The translations under genes and the position numbers were made by a program. 64,000 bases of DNA from Selaginella moellendorffii (lineage: Eukaryota; Plantae; Lycopodiophyta): the NCBI RefSeq assembly GCF_000143415.4, contig NW_003314261.1, positions 4,315,141-4,379,140 on the forward strand. The letters are read 5' to 3'. This document shows positions 24,015 to 37,192 of this stretch, one piece after another. Each line of letters opens with the position of its first letter. Position 1 is the stretch's first letter. Below the pieces are notes generated by a model, which was not told the origin of the DNA, searched no databases, and was given only the letters and a program-made list of their open reading frames with translations.

Positions 24015-25714
24015 ATGGTGGCTCCAGGGCATGGCAGCGCCTTCTTGGCGGCGGCCTTGGCTCTATTGGCGGCGGCGGCATCGTCCTCGGGTAAGACAAT
24101 CTCTAGATTCCTCTCTTCCTTTCCATTCGATCGATTGATCGATCGATGGAATGCCATGCCACAGGCGCATTCATCGGTGTCAACTACGGCTCCCAGGGCG
24201 ACAATCTCCCCAGGCCCCAGCAGGCAGTGGATTTCATGCGAAACAATGGCATCACCCAGGTCCGGATCTTCGACGCCGACCCGGACATCCTCACAGCGCT
24301 GGCCGGCACAGGCATCCAGGTGATCATCGGGCTCACAAACGCGGAGATCCTCAGCGTGGGTCACTCGAGCGCCGAGGCGGCGTCCTGGGTGAACAAGAAC
24401 GTGATGCAGTTCCTCCCCAACACCAACATCACCGGGATCGCAGTGGGCAGCGAGGTCCTCACCGACGGCACCGCCAGCCTCTACGCCTCCATCCTCGTCG
24501 CCACCATGAAGTACATCCACGCCGCGCTGGTGGCCGCCAACATCGACAGCCAGATCAAAGTCTCGACGCCACACTCCACCGTCCTCATCCAGGATCCATT
24601 CCCTCCCTCCCGGGCCTTCTTCGATCAGACGTATGCCAAGACGGTGGTGCTGCCACTGCTGGATTTCCTCTCCCAGACAGGTTCTTATTTCATGCTCAAT
24701 ATTTATCCTCTGGCTATATACCAGCAGAATCGACAGGTGATGTCCATCGACTATGCCTTGCTCCGCCCCAACGCTGGCATCCAGGACACCATCACCAAGC
24801 TCACTTACACCAACGTCTTCGACCAGATGCTCGACGCTGCGTTTAGCGCCATGGGGGCGCTAAACCACACAGATGTGGGCATCGTCGTGAGCGAGACCGG
24901 GTGGCCTTCCAGGGGTGATGTCACAGAGGTCGGGGTAGGAGTTGACAATGCGGAAACTTACAACAACAACCTTGTCCGGCACATCCTCAACAACACTGGG
25001 ACTCCCAGGAGGCCCGGCATTGCGGTGAATGCTTACATCTACGAGATCTTCAACGAGGACCGGAGGCAGGGGGCCACTTCCGAGAAGAACTATGGGATCT
25101 ACTATCCGGACCAGACACCGGTGTATAGTTTGGACGTTACCGGGAGGGACTCGGGTGGAGCCGGATCAAACACGTCAGTTAGAACATGGTGTGTCGCCAA
25201 GCAGGGCGTAAGCGACAACAGCCTCCAGGCGGCACTGGACTATGCGTGCGGCCAAGGCAGTGCGGATTGCTCCAGCATCCAGCCAGGCCAGGCGTGTTTC
25301 TTCCCGGATTCGGTCTTTTCTCATGCATCCTTCGCTTTCAACAGTTATTATCTTAAGAACAAAATGGCAGCTGGGACCTGTGATTTTGCCGGAGTTGCGA
25401 CTGTCACCACAAACGATCCAAGTATGTCCAAATCTTCTTTTGCTTTCTTTTTTGCTCTTACAAGCTTGGTTCTCGTTTGTCGCTCTTTCAGGTAGTGGAC
25501 AATGCTCATTTCCCTCAAGGTAATACTATTGCACGTCGTTGTTTACCCGTGCTCATGACCGTTTGGTTCTTGCAGCTTACCACCCACGGTAAATGCTACC
25601 GTTGGAAACCTGACCAGTAGTACCAGTAGCTCGGAGCCGCTACTGGCGAGCTTGGCTCTATGTTCAGTCGCGACGATCTTCCCGCTTTTGATCAATTCCA
25701 GACTGCTCTTCTGA
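24015..25714 (+). CDS. Glucan endo-1,3-beta-glucosidase (GH17 + X8, probably GPI anchored); exons 24015-24090, 24165-25421, 25492-25519, 25576-25714
   Basis: Signal peptide, IGVNYG, VGSE, VSETGWPS, X8 WCVAK...ALDYACG, hydrophobic C-terminus. Confidence 0.95.
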
Positions 25715-26280
25715 GGATCCAGCAGGTACCACCCCGGCTTTTTCTTTGTTTTTAACTCTTCATTCTCTTTTCTCATCCAGTTGCGCGTCTCAATCATGTG
25801 TGTCAAGGCAAGCAAAGCGCTGGCAAAGCGAAAAGGAAAAGCTATTCACGAGCACTTTCCACGTTTTGGGATGTTGTGGAACGGAGAACGAAGTTGTAGA
25901 ACAATGGTTGGACTGGATTTGACTTCTCGGTCGGCTCTTTGGGACGTGCGAATAAAAAAGAACTTCACAAAGAGGGAGAGCTTCTCAAGAGAGATGCAGA
26001 GGTAAGCAAGCTAGCAGCAAAAGGTGAGATCTAGGCAGAAGATTTACTTACTGGACATCAAATTGACTCACCCGTATCTATCTATCATATAATTTCGTGC
26101 CAAGTGGCTGGGATTCCTGTCTGTGAGTGTATCAGTAGCTAAAGTTACCAGAAGAGCGGCACTGACAAACACCAGCTATAGAGGTATGTTTCACTTTTTC
26201 TAGTATTTCGCCTTGACCCGAAATTCAAAGACATCAAAGTAGCAAGGAGCGCATGAAGACAGGCAGCAAGGAATTGGAGC

Positions 26281-29200
26281 TCAAGAAAGTCGCTCTGTGC
26301 TGATCAGATCGAGTAGAGACTGCGTCCACTGAGCGCGCAAGCAAACGCGCTCCCAGCAAGCAACCGTGACGTCCGATGCGCCATCACGACTAGACACGAA
26401 ATCTCGAAACTCCTCGGCTATTTCTCTGCTGCACATCTGCCGAGAAGAACAGGAAGAAAGAACGAAGTTTAGCTCAAATCTAGATTCAAACATTCGTAAC
26501 ACGATTCTTACATGAGCAGTGACCGAGTAGAGAATCCGTTTCATGACGTAATTACTGCAGGCTTTTTCGTGAACCTTGTTCCAATTATCCTTTTTTTCGG
26601 AAAGAAAAAAAAGTAAATTTGTGTCTTTTTAATCTCAAATGTAACAACACTTTCTACCTTGAGCCACGACCAAGCTGTGAGACAACCTTGCTCGTTCACT
26701 CCCTCAAAAACGAGATTTATGTGCTGGGCTAGAACCTGCTTACATACCAATGAATCATAATCTCCAAAGAAGTAATACCAAGTAACCAACCTTTGGTGAC
26801 AAAGCAAACTCAAGGGCCTCGCGTACCATAGCTGGATCATTAGATCCGGCTAGTAAACCTGACCATGTTTTATCTATCAATCACGAGCACGAAGTTAAAC
26901 GGCTGGCTTACTTAAGATCTCCACGCGCTCCGCGATGGATGTGGAGCCTTCGAACTGCGATATCAGCGCATCAAAGCTTCCTCGGTTTGTAGACGACACG
27001 TCCTTGACTGCGTTCCGGAGAACTGCCTGGAAATGGAATAAGGTCAGTCGGGCGGCTTTGCTCGATTGCGCGCGCTAAATGGAGAAAAGAAAACCGTAGT
27101 CAGATCAGAAGGGATTGCGGTCTCGAAGCGAGTGTCAAACCGCCTCTCGGCTTCCGAGCAAGTTTCGTCATGGTCCAGCCTCACAAGCGCATCCAAAATG
27201 CGTCCTCTCACCGCTGCAAACAAGTGTCCCTCGCATTCTGTAGCCTCCCAGCCAATGCGCCTGACCAAATCGGGCTCGACTTATACGAGAATTGAAATAG
27301 AACCAAAGGAAAAACAAGCAAACCTTGCTGGAGTTTCTAGCAATGACGCTAGCCGCTGCTTGACGTCTCCAAAAGCTTCCGGTTTTTCGGAGAGGATGCC
27401 ACTCGTTACGTCAACCACAATCTGGACCAAAGCATAATATATAACTCTGAGAGATCATTTCTACGGGTTTTTCCATCAACCATACCTCCACCAACGTCGA
27501 TATGACTAGAGGATGGCCTTCATTCCTGTACGATTCGAGCAGACTAAATAGCTCACTAGGATCCTCTTTACCAGCGCGGCAAAGAGCGTGCATGTCTTTC
27601 AGGAGTCCTGCAAAACGATTTTAGTTGGCAAAATCAGAAAAGGAAATCCATCATCACCTAGTCGATCGACAGGCTCCAAGCTGCCAGAGGAGACCGCTTC
27701 TCGCAAAAGCCGCAGCATATCCTTGTCATACTGTACTCGAAAGAATCCCGTCTCTCCAGCGTTCACCTTGATCCAGCCTGAGAACCCTTCGTGCTTCACG
27801 GTCGAGCGCTCCTCAACCAGCAAATGACTCGTGCACGAGCGTGACTCCTCCACACCCGAGCAAATCAAAACCGGAACGATCCACTTGCCTGGAACATCTC
27901 GGCCATTTGCCATGAAACGAGCCTGTAGAACAAACACACACATCAAAAGAAAAACAAAACGCTGTTGCTGATCGAACCTGCTCAAGCTGAACGTCGGTGG
28001 TGTTTTCCAAGAGACTCGCTTTCACAACGGGGAAGCCTTCTTCCTTTGTCCAGCAATGCATAAGCTGCTTTATGGGCTTGCCAGTCACCTCTTCGAATAC
28101 GCTCCATAGATCACTGGAGGTGGCATTGCCAAAAGCAAACTTTTTCACATAAGCTCTGAGTCCTTCCTGCACAACTACGTTCCATTTTGCAAACAAACGC
28201 TACAAATATGGTTTTTAACCTTGAGTTCTTCGTGGCCAAGGTATGACTGAAGCATGTGTAACAGCGATGCACCTTTGAAGTAACTTATGCTGTCCATCGG
28301 GGTGTCAACGTTAATGTTCCTCACCTCTACCTGAACGAGAAAGGGATTCCGGTTTCCAGAGTTCGCGAGTTTATAGGCGAAGTACCTCGACGGGATGTGT
28401 TCCTTCTAGACTATCAAACCGGAAGGCGTCAGACCTGGCCCAATTCTGAAAATCCATCCACATTTCCCATTCCGGGAACAAGTAGTCCACTGCGTAGCAG
28501 CTCATCTGAAGAGGTGACCGCACTGTTTAGTAGGAAGAAGAAGCAAAAAACGATAGTCACCCAGGTAGCCATTCCCTCGTTAAGCCAAAGGTGAGTCCAC
28601 CATTCCAGTGTGACAATGTTGCCAAACCACATATGGGCAATCTCGTGAGCAGTGTCGCAAGCAACCTGAAGAAATTCATTTGTTTCTAGAGGAAAAAAAA
28701 AAAGGGAGTGTTTACCCTTTGTCTCAGCCAAGCTGGTGAGTTCTCGTCGGCGTACAAGGCCTCCTCCCTGTACACAATGCAGCCAAAGTTCTCCAAGGCA
28801 CCAGTCTTAAACTCTGGGACTGCAACAGCGTCGAGCTTTGGAAGCGGGTAAGGCAGCTGGAAAAACCTGCAAGAACAAGAGAATCGATCAAACTACAAGA
28901 TGATTTCTTACGATTTCTTACTCGGCAAAAAAAGGTAGCAGCTTGAGAATTATGTTGAGCACAAATCTTCCTTTCTCCTGGTAGCCCCGCCTTGTATAAA
29001 CTCGCACAGGCACGCCTAGAGACAACGAACACAAAATAGATTTTCAAAAACGAAGTGAGAATGTTTGCTCACCGTCGTCGCTTGTCCCTTCCAGGTAATC
29101 AAATTCCCCGACGACAATGGCGATGATGTACGTGGACATACGCACGGTCTCCTCGAACTCCACCGTCTTCGTGCCGTCGCAATTGATCGTATCGTGAACA

Positions 29201-29852
29201 ACTGGCATATTAGAGAGCACCTGGCGATCGGATGGAGCGTGAACTTTAAACGTAAAGGTTGCCTGGAAGAATTATGATATGAGAGCGATCAATCACTGCG
29301 TTGTTACCTTAAAGTCTGGCTCATCCCAGCAAGGAAAACACCTTCTTGCATTGCCGGGCTCGAAGTCAGTGGCGGCCATGTATCTTTTGGTGCCATTAAC
29401 TTCATAGGAACTGGCAAAAACTCCTCCATGAGAAAAAAAAAAAAACTGAAAAGAAGAATGCGAACCCTTCGTAGAAGCCTTTCAGGCTTTTGTTTAGTGA
29501 TCCGTGATAGTCGATCGTTAGCACCAGCGGGCTTCCCACCACGAGAGCATCGTCCCCATCAAACCCAACGATTAGAAGCTCGTTTTCCTTGTCTTCTTCC
29601 ACGGACTTGATCGGGAGCACCTGGTAGAAAAACGAAGCTTAAAGACACCATACTCTTTTCGCATACCGTGCTATCGAGCAAGCTCGCCAAGACGCTGTCA
29701 ATGGTAAGATCTGCGGTGTTGAGTTGTACCACGCTGGTAACCGCAGTGACATCGAGGGAGACCCTCACCCTGCCTTGGAACTCACAAGACTCAAGATTCA
29801 CCCAAAGCTCGACATTGTAAGTTTGAGGTACCACAATCCTTGGCAACCTCAT
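26281..29852 (-). CDS. M1 family aminopeptidase (APM1-like, diverged), multi-exon
   Basis: [34 protein letters not shown]18-E, ISYFKG, ERAP1-like C-terminal exons. Confidence 0.92.
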
Positions 29853-30256
29853 CACACCCACACACACCCTCACACACAGACACACAGAACTTTAGAACTT
29901 TCCAAACTAAATCGGGCGCTGCAATTTTATCGTGGGACAAACCAAACCAAGAGTGTTGTACCCATACACACGAAGGAGGAGCGCTTGTACGTTGCTCCCG
30001 CAAAGAGAAAAGAGCGCTTGTACATTGTGCTATAGAACAATTATATAAAAGAACTAGTTATTGAGTACCTCAACACAGATCCAATATGGTACTCTCCTTT
30101 CTGGTAGCTGCTCTTCTTGCACTCACACTAGAATAAAGATCACATCTAACCAAAGCATTTCAATAAAAATTCCGGGTCATCATTTCCTATACTAATCCTA
30201 AAATTATAGAGAAATCGCAAATGGTGGTGGCCGATTCTCTCGAATCGGATGCTCTG

Positions 30257-30315
30257 GGCCACTTTCATCTTGGCGCTGGATTCCTTGGGGATTTCCACGA
30301 CAAAGCGGCAGATCT
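30257..30315 (-). pseudogene. 59-bp relic duplicate of the pyrophosphatase CDS
   Basis: Matches 30934-30992 with 6 mismatches and encodes FVVEIPKESSAKM. Confidence 0.8.
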
Positions 30316-30396
30316 AGCAGCCGATCGAGCAAGCATACTCGCTCCAAGCAGTCATCTAATCGTCCGATAGCAAACAAATCATCTAGTTGTATTTTT

Positions 30397-31350
30397 TCAC
30401 GTGAGCGATAGATCACCCGCGGGAACAGACCTGGTCACAAGCTTCACCCACGCTTGGTGCGTCTCTTGGATCACCTTGAGCGCGTAATCCTTCCCGGCGG
30501 CCTTGTTCCCCAGCCCGAATCGGTTCTGCGGCTTCCCATCCGGGACCTTGTAATCCCGGAACCAGTCCCGGATCTCCGTGAGCGTCCCCGGGAAGTAGTA
30601 CTCCACGTCGCTCTCGTCATTCACAAGCGCCGCCTTGGGATCGTCCACCGAGATGGCGATCACCTTCCAGTCCAGCTCCCCCTCGTCGATCATGGCGAGA
30701 ACAGCCACTGGCTTGACGCGCAGGATCTCGCCCAGCCCCGCCCTGCGCTCGCCAATCTCCACCACGTCCACGGGGTCGTTGTCTCCCAGCGCGCCCTCCA
30801 CTTCCGGGTTGGCGTGGTTTGGATCCTCCCAGGTTTGCGGGAGGAGGCCATAGTTCCAGCGGATGTTGTAGGGATAGAACCGGAGCTTGCCCTTCTTGAT
30901 GTCCTGCTTGATCGGCGTGAAGGGCTCGTCAGTGGCCACTTCCATCTTGGCGCTGGACTCCTTGGGGATTTCCACCACGAAGTGGAAGATCTCGCCGCCG
31001 CCAAGCGGGGATTTCAGCGGGACGTCGTGCCATGGCGACAAGGTCTTGCCGTTTGCCCCAAGCAAGAATGCCCTGTAGCCCATGCTCTGGGCCTCGCCCT
31101 GCTCGCGCACCTGGTAATCCGAGCTCTGCTGCTGGCCCTTGCCTTGATCGACATCCTTGACGGACTGCTCCAGCGCCCTGGAAATCGCCGATCCACGGCG
31201 AGGGAGGAGCTGCTTGGACGAGAGAGCGTGCTGCGACGGCTTGAGGAAGCCGACCCTTGCCGCGCCAATTGCGATGCCCGCATTGTACCTGGAAGAGACG
31301 AATGGGAGCTGGAGTGACGCCCCGGCACCAGTCACACGGAGAGCCGCCAT
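30397..31350 (-). CDS. Plastid soluble inorganic pyrophosphatase (PPa6-like), intronless
   Basis: Transit peptide, SPWHDVPL, VVEIPKESSAKME, NYGLLPQTWEDP, GDNDPVDVVE, DEGELDWK. Confidence 0.95.
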   Translation of the reverse strand: MAALRVTGAGASLQLPFVSSRYNAGIAIGAARVGFLKPSQHALSSKQLLPRRGSAISRALEQSVKDVDQGKGQQQSSDYQVREQGEAQSMGYRAFLLGANGKTLSPWHDVPLKSPLGGGEIFHFVVEIPKESSAKMEVATDEPFTPIKQDIKKGKLRFYPYNIRWNYGLLPQTWEDPNHANPEVEGALGDNDPVDVVEIGERRAGLGEILRVKPVAVLAMIDEGELDWKVIAISVDDPKAALVNDESDVEYYFPGTLTEIRDWFRDYKVPDGKPQNRFGLGNKAAGKDYALKVIQETHQAWVKLVTRSVPAGDLSLT

Positions 31351-31468
31351 AGCCTCGCCACTCAAATTGGATTGGAGCCCTAGAATTCCAAAAGCCTATT
31401 CTACCATCTAACGGTCTTGATAATTGTTGACTTAAAAACGAATTAATTACTTTATTTTCACATCTTTC

Positions 31469-31541
31469 TGCCGACCGTGGGGCTCGAACCCACGACCACA
31501 AGGTTAAGAGCCTTGCGCTCTACCAACTGAGCTAGGCCGGC
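31469..31541 (-). tRNA. tRNA-Lys(CTT)
   Basis: GCCGGCCTAGCTCAGTTGGTAGAGCGCAAGGCT-CTT-AACCTTGTGGTCGTGGGTTCGAGCCCCACGGTCGGCA, 73-nt cloverleaf. T5 terminator at 31434-31438. Confidence 0.97.
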
Positions 31542-31788
31542 TTATGCCTTTAATCAGTATCAGTTATTTTTAAGCGGATATTTATTTAAACAAAAGCTAC
31601 GTTAGAACTTTCTCGTATTGTCTTGTCACCAAAATCGCTCGACATATTGCTAGAAAGATCAACTAGAGATCTGGCAGGCTTTAGCTCTCTCGATCGACTT
31701 CTCCTCTTCCTTCTCCCCCTAGGCTAGCATCGCGTGATTAAATACATGTTGTCAACGTGATCCACAAAGCTGGCCGGCTGGCTCGCTT

Positions 31789-33855
31789 CTAGGACGCAAT
31801 CGTGGTAGCCGTGGTCGTCGTAGCAGTACTAGCACTAGCCGTTTGGAACGGGGCCTGTTGTTCCGGCGGTAGCATCACGCAAGCCGGTCCGAGCTCCGGC
31901 TTGCTCTGGTACTTCCTTTCATACTCGTGACTGACCCCAGACTGCTGCTCCTGCTGCTCCTGCTGCTGCTCAGCACTGATTCCTATTTTTTGCATCTTCA
32001 TCCTGTCTCGGTAATCGCTTATTTCCCGTTTGTATCGCTCCTTGTCCTTGACCCCGCGCTCCTGATAAGGCTGCATGCACAGCGATAGCGTTAGCACCGC
32101 GAGAAACAAGAAAAAAAGTAAAACTCGAAACGGATGTAGCTCTTACAGATTTTTGCTCCTCGGTCATGCTACTCCACGTCTCCCCGATCATCTTGCTGAT
32201 CTCTCTGTCCTTGTCTGGGTATACGAGCTTGAGCTTGGCTCGCTGCTCGGCAAAGAAGTAGTTGTAGCCGCTCCTGTTGAGCTTGGGTGCGTTGGGGTCT
32301 TTTCTGCGCATGCCGATTCGCTTTCGTCGCCTTCTCAGCCGCACGCCAACGTTTGCAGCTTCTGGAGTACTTCTACTCGTCGTGACTGCCGATGCATACT
32401 GTGGCACGGAAGAACCAACAGGGACGTGATATAGAACACCCCTGAACCTGTCGGATCCGATGACAACGGTGACTAGGTACCCGTGCTCAAACTTTTCTTC
32501 AATGGATCCGGTCACAATCTCCCCGATGTGCGCTTCAAGATCCACTGCCAATGCAAGAAAGCCTTTTGAGACTCAACTCCAACGAGTTTCTTCTTACCGT
32601 CAATTGCAGGCTGGAGTCGTCGCTTTTGCATCTTCGGCCCAAGCTCCAGCTCGTCCGAACGCACACCATTCTCTGGTAAAAGAAATCCCGGGCTTGGCGC
32701 CGGAAGAGGAGCTGCAACTTCATGGTTTTACAATTCCTGCCTCTTTACAAACTCCAATAAACTTACCAGGAGGAGACACAAGGCTTCCCTCAGCTCTGAA
32801 GAAATACACTTGCTCGTAATGATGGAGTAAGCTCGTGTAGTACTTCCGCAACACGAACGACGCACTTGTAGTCGTTCTGGGGAAATTGAACACCGCTTTG
32901 ATGTCCTTCCACAGCCGGTCTTTGATAACCTGACAGCCGAGAACGCTATGAAATTAGCTCTCAAGCAACTTTAGCATGCCTTATAAAAGAACCTGTTCGA
33001 GACCTCCTCGAGCAGTAACTTCTTGATAAAGACGATACAAATCCAGCTGATTTCCTCCCATTCTTGGGCTCCTGGGAATCAACAACAGAGAAAGCCCACA
33101 TTAATCCGGCACGAAGTGATAAAAAAAACTCTAAAGCTGTCACAATCCCTCAGAATCAAAAGAGATACAAAGCCCAGAAATCTAGCCATAGGAAAGCATA
33201 TAATAATGGAACAAACAAACACAAGGAAGAAGGAAGACGAAACACAAGCGCAAGAGAGAAGAAAAAAAAAAGAGAAGGGAGAGAGAGAGGACACTCACGA
33301 CATTCTACTGCCCATGGCTTCATGGAACTTGCAAAGCGTGTCCATGAAGAGCACCGGATCACGAGTCACTTCCTCATGCGTCGCAAGGGGCGGGGGATAG
33401 ACCTGACCTCGCACGCAAATGGGCGTGGCCAGAGCTGGTGACGAGGACGAGGCGGTCGGCGATGCCAGACGAAACGCGAGAGGCCGGGCTTGCTCGGCCT
33501 CGGCGATCGCGCACCGTTGTAGCAATGTAGGCCCTGCCAATCTTAGAGCCAGTCTTTGCGCGCTCACCTCATTCTCGCCTCCACCGCGGCAATCCTGCTC
33601 CTGCTGCCGCGGCTGCTCCAGCGCATTCTTTGCAATCTCCTCCTCGGGCGCCGCCGGCACCCTGGCGCTGGCGGCCGCGAGTCTTGGATCGGAATCCTGC
33701 CCTGACAAATCTTGGATAATTCTTCCCAGCTCCAAAGAATGGCGCTGCTGCTGCTGCTGATCTGCCGCGCGCTGCGCGAAATACTTCCCCATGGCCGCCA
33801 TCCGGGCGGCATCATCGTCTTCTTGAGCTTGGGCGCCCTTTGCCGCCATCGCCAT
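31789..33855 (-). CDS. ARID-HMG box protein (HMGB9/10/15-like), multi-exon
   Basis: YPPPLATHEEV..DP.LF.DTL..FH, ARID exons, G.IEEKFEHGYLVTV, KDPNAPKLNRSGYNYFFAEQ HMG box. Confidence 0.92.
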
Positions 33856-34522
33856 AGGTAAAGCTTCAAGCTTGTACCGATTGAAAATAATATTTACCAG
33901 CCGCATAAAACGGACCACGCCATGCGGTTAAAAGAGAAATCCATGGTTACAATTACGGCCGCCACGCGCCACCATCCCCGCCCTCGCCCGCGCCCATCCA
34001 ACGGCCAGCTTTACCCTTTACTCTTTTCCGTTATCTCCACAAAAACCCCATTTTCTTTAAATGGCGCGGTACGGCACGCCCATACTGGAGAAATGGACCC
34101 AAGATCCTCCGTACGCTTATTCAACGACCGCATTTTTAAATGTTGAGAAAAAATATAGAAGCGGCGGCGCACTCCAGGCCAGGAGGACTAGTCACTCGGA
34201 ACTGCGACTACCAGTAGCCTTGCGCCACGTGTCAACAGAGCGTTTGACCAAACTCTGGCATCCACGCGTGACGCGGCCATTGGGCCTGGCCCGGAGAACC
34301 TCGTGTAGGACGACCTGTTACATAGGCTTGATTCAGGGGAATCTTCCCTGATAGACTATATACCACTGCTTGTGAGATCTAAAAAAAAAGATACTTATAC
34401 CGTGGCTTGTGAGATGTGGAAAAAAATTTCTTGCTTACGTCCTTGGTCGAGTGTTTAGAAGCTCGTTCCTATGGAGTTGTAAGTGAAGGGAGAACCATAA
34501 GGAGCGCAAAGCCCAAGCTCTC

Positions 34523-35968
34523 TCATGATCTTCTTCCGGCGAAGATTGCGTTTGGGCTTTTGGTGGAGCCTTTCCTCCTCCTGTCATTAAAGTTTTTCAA
34601 GCGAGCTGAGAAAAGCGATGGTAGTCTATTTTCCAATTTATGATCATGTACCTCGTACAGGACTTTGGGTTTTCTCCTTCGTGTTGCAGTGTTGCGAGCT
34701 TCGCTTCCTGTCTCCTCCGAGGATTCCTTGCCTGCGAAGAGATCAAGAATCAACCATGCAAAAGGTACTTGAAACTCAAGTCACTCACCGTTTGCATGGG
34801 GAGTTTGGCATTCCTCCTGGAACGAGTGTCTCCACTTCAACGGGAGTTTCCGAAAGTCTCTGTACTCTAAAGCCTACAACGGCGGAAGTTGTGCATTAAA
34901 TGTGCTCCCTCATATAGAAATGCTTTTTGCCCTCACCTCTTTCAATCCCTTTTGAAAGGCCTTGGTTGGAACTTGGCTCCTCCCGTCAAAATCCTGCATG
35001 GTACTGATGCTGTTTAGAACGTTTTAGAGAAGTTTAAAAAATTCGTACACTCGCACACTTACCACGTCGAACTTGGATAAGTCGCTGGCAGGATCAACCC
35101 ATCCACTGCAATCGTTCAAATCACGCACGAATCAATACGATGTAACTTAAGGGATCAGGATGGATAACGAACTAGTTATAGTTGCCGAAGAAGCGCACCA
35201 ACACATGATTCTTCGATTGCCGCGTTCTCTCGCTCATCGACTTCTCATCCGCAACCTTTTGAAGCAGTGTAAAACCAAATAATGACAGAAAAATCGTGCA
35301 TTTCTACCTGAGCGGGCCACCAAGGAGAGCGGGAAAACTTCGCCCAAACAAGCTGGCCAGCTGACCAGGAAGCACAAGAGAGTGATGAGTCCCCATCGTC
35401 GCTCGCAATCGTGGAGTCTGTTGGTGATCTTTGGCAAGGCATCTCCGTGAAATCCCTTCAAATCACATAACAATGTGAAAGAACGAAAAATCGAAAGGAA
35501 CACGAAAAAAAAAAAAAAAACACACCATACCTTCTCGACTGTGACTCCGAAGACTGAAGAACAGTGCTGCAAATCGCTGGCTCGTCTATAGTTCTAAAGC
35601 TACACTGCATTGTGTCATGGACATCTGCAAGAAAACATAGAAGGAAAACATCAAAAACGAAGAGTCCAAGGTGATCGAAAAAGAAATTTTTGGCTACCTG
35701 AGCATAGATCCCCGGACAGCGTGGAAGAGCCATCTGCGACAAACGAAGGAAAACACCTCCGACGCGCACGAGGAATCTCTTGCCGTCTCTTCTGCCGATG
35801 AACAGGGCCAAAGAGTGACGGTTCAAGGAATTGATCCTCCTGCTGCCCTAGCTCTCCCTCCTGATCTTCGTCAATCATCGGTTCTTCCTCTTGCTGCTGC
35901 TGCTGCTGCGTCGGCATTCCCACTCCCATCGCGAATGCAGGAGGAGAAATCTCCATCGCCAGCGCCAT
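34523..35968 (-). CDS. PWWP domain protein, multi-exon
   Basis: GQLVWAKFSRSPWWPAQ / VLVRFFGNYNY / GWVDP.SDLSKF / FQKGLKEALE across short introns. Confidence 0.8.
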
Positions 35969-36111
35969 AGCTGCCAGCGAAACCCTCTCCTCTCTCGATT
36001 AGGGCTTGTCTCTCTTCCAAACAACTAACATTCCCTTCTTTTCCATTGTGCCAGCCCTAGCTATGGAGAGATTCAGCTGACCTCCTCGAAATTTAGGGTT
36101 CTTGGGAAGGG

Positions 36112-37026
36112 ATGAGCGGCACTCCCTTCGTCATCGCCGCCGATGACGCCGAGCAGCAGCGATCCTCCTCAGGTATGAGCATCCAGGCCTTCCTCGGCAG
36201 CCTCGTGGAGCCGACGCGCGATCTGGCGCGCCCGCCGATCTCCAATTTCCGGGTCGGAGCAGTGGGGCTGGGATCCAGCGGGCGGGTCTTCCGGGGCGTC
36301 AATCTCGAGTTCCCGGGCCTGCCGCTCCACCATTCCGTCCACGCCGAGCAGTTCTTGGTTGCGAATCTGGCGCAGCACGGCGAGATTTCGATCGAGTTCT
36401 TGGCGGTCTCGGCCGCGCCTTGCGGCCACTGCCGCCAGTTCCTCCAGGAGCTCCGCGGAGCCAAGGATCTCGAGCTCTTCATTGTCGACGGTGAGAATTC
36501 CGAGACACAGCTTCTCTCCAGATTTCTTCCTCACCGGTTCGGCCCAGACGATCTTCTCGCGCAGGATCTCGACTTTCCCCTGCTGCTAGAGCCCAGGAAC
36601 AATGGCTTGGTCTTGGAGGGACTAGATCACAAGTGCTACCGTGGTCGCGAGGAAGACGGTCTCGATCTCTCCGGACTGGAAGATGCGAGACTTAGAGACG
36701 CCGCGCTGGAGGCTGCGAACAAATCTTACGCTCCATACACCGGCTCTCCCTCCGGCGTAGCGATCTTCACCAGGAACGCCAGAGTTTTTTCCGGATCTTA
36801 CTGCGAGTCTGCCGCTTTCAACCCGAGCTTGCCCCCTCTCCAGGCCGCCATTGTGGCTTTCGTCGCGAATGGTGGTGGTGGCTACCAAGACATCGTCTGT
36901 GCGGTTCTAGTGGAGACGAAGAACTCTTCCGTCCAGCAAGCTCCAACGACGAGGATGGCGCTGGATCAAATCAGCCCCCGGTGCCCGCTCCACGTCTACT
37001 ACGCTGGATCTCCATCCAAGGATTGA
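36112..37026 (+). CDS. CDA: Cytidine deaminase (two-domain, plant CDA1 type), intronless
   Basis: PISNFRVGA, GVNLEF, HAEQ, PCGHCRQF, SYAPY, ESAAFNPS. Confidence 0.95.
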   Translation: MSGTPFVIAADDAEQQRSSSGMSIQAFLGSLVEPTRDLARPPISNFRVGAVGLGSSGRVFRGVNLEFPGLPLHHSVHAEQFLVANLAQHGEISIEFLAVSAAPCGHCRQFLQELRGAKDLELFIVDGENSETQLLSRFLPHRFGPDDLLAQDLDFPLLLEPRNNGLVLEGLDHKCYRGREEDGLDLSGLEDARLRDAALEAANKSYAPYTGSPSGVAIFTRNARVFSGSYCESAAFNPSLPPLQAAIVAFVANGGGGYQDIVCAVLVETKNSSVQQAPTTRMALDQISPRCPLHVYYAGSPSKD

Positions 37027-37192
37027 TGGAGCGCTTACTATCACATTCATCACAGGGAGACAATGACAACCCTTCAAACAATAATTTTTCCAGGAAGAGC
37101 TCTCAGATTCTCTCCAGATTGGATCCATTGCAATCGAAAGTGTCAAAGATCTCGGCTTGGTGATCACGAGAAATGAGATCCTCTAGATCGCA

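Noticed and set aside
34224-34233. G-box/ABRE GCCACGTGTC upstream of ARID-HMG, and telo-boxes near several starts
   Set aside because: Short common motifs; not supportable individually.
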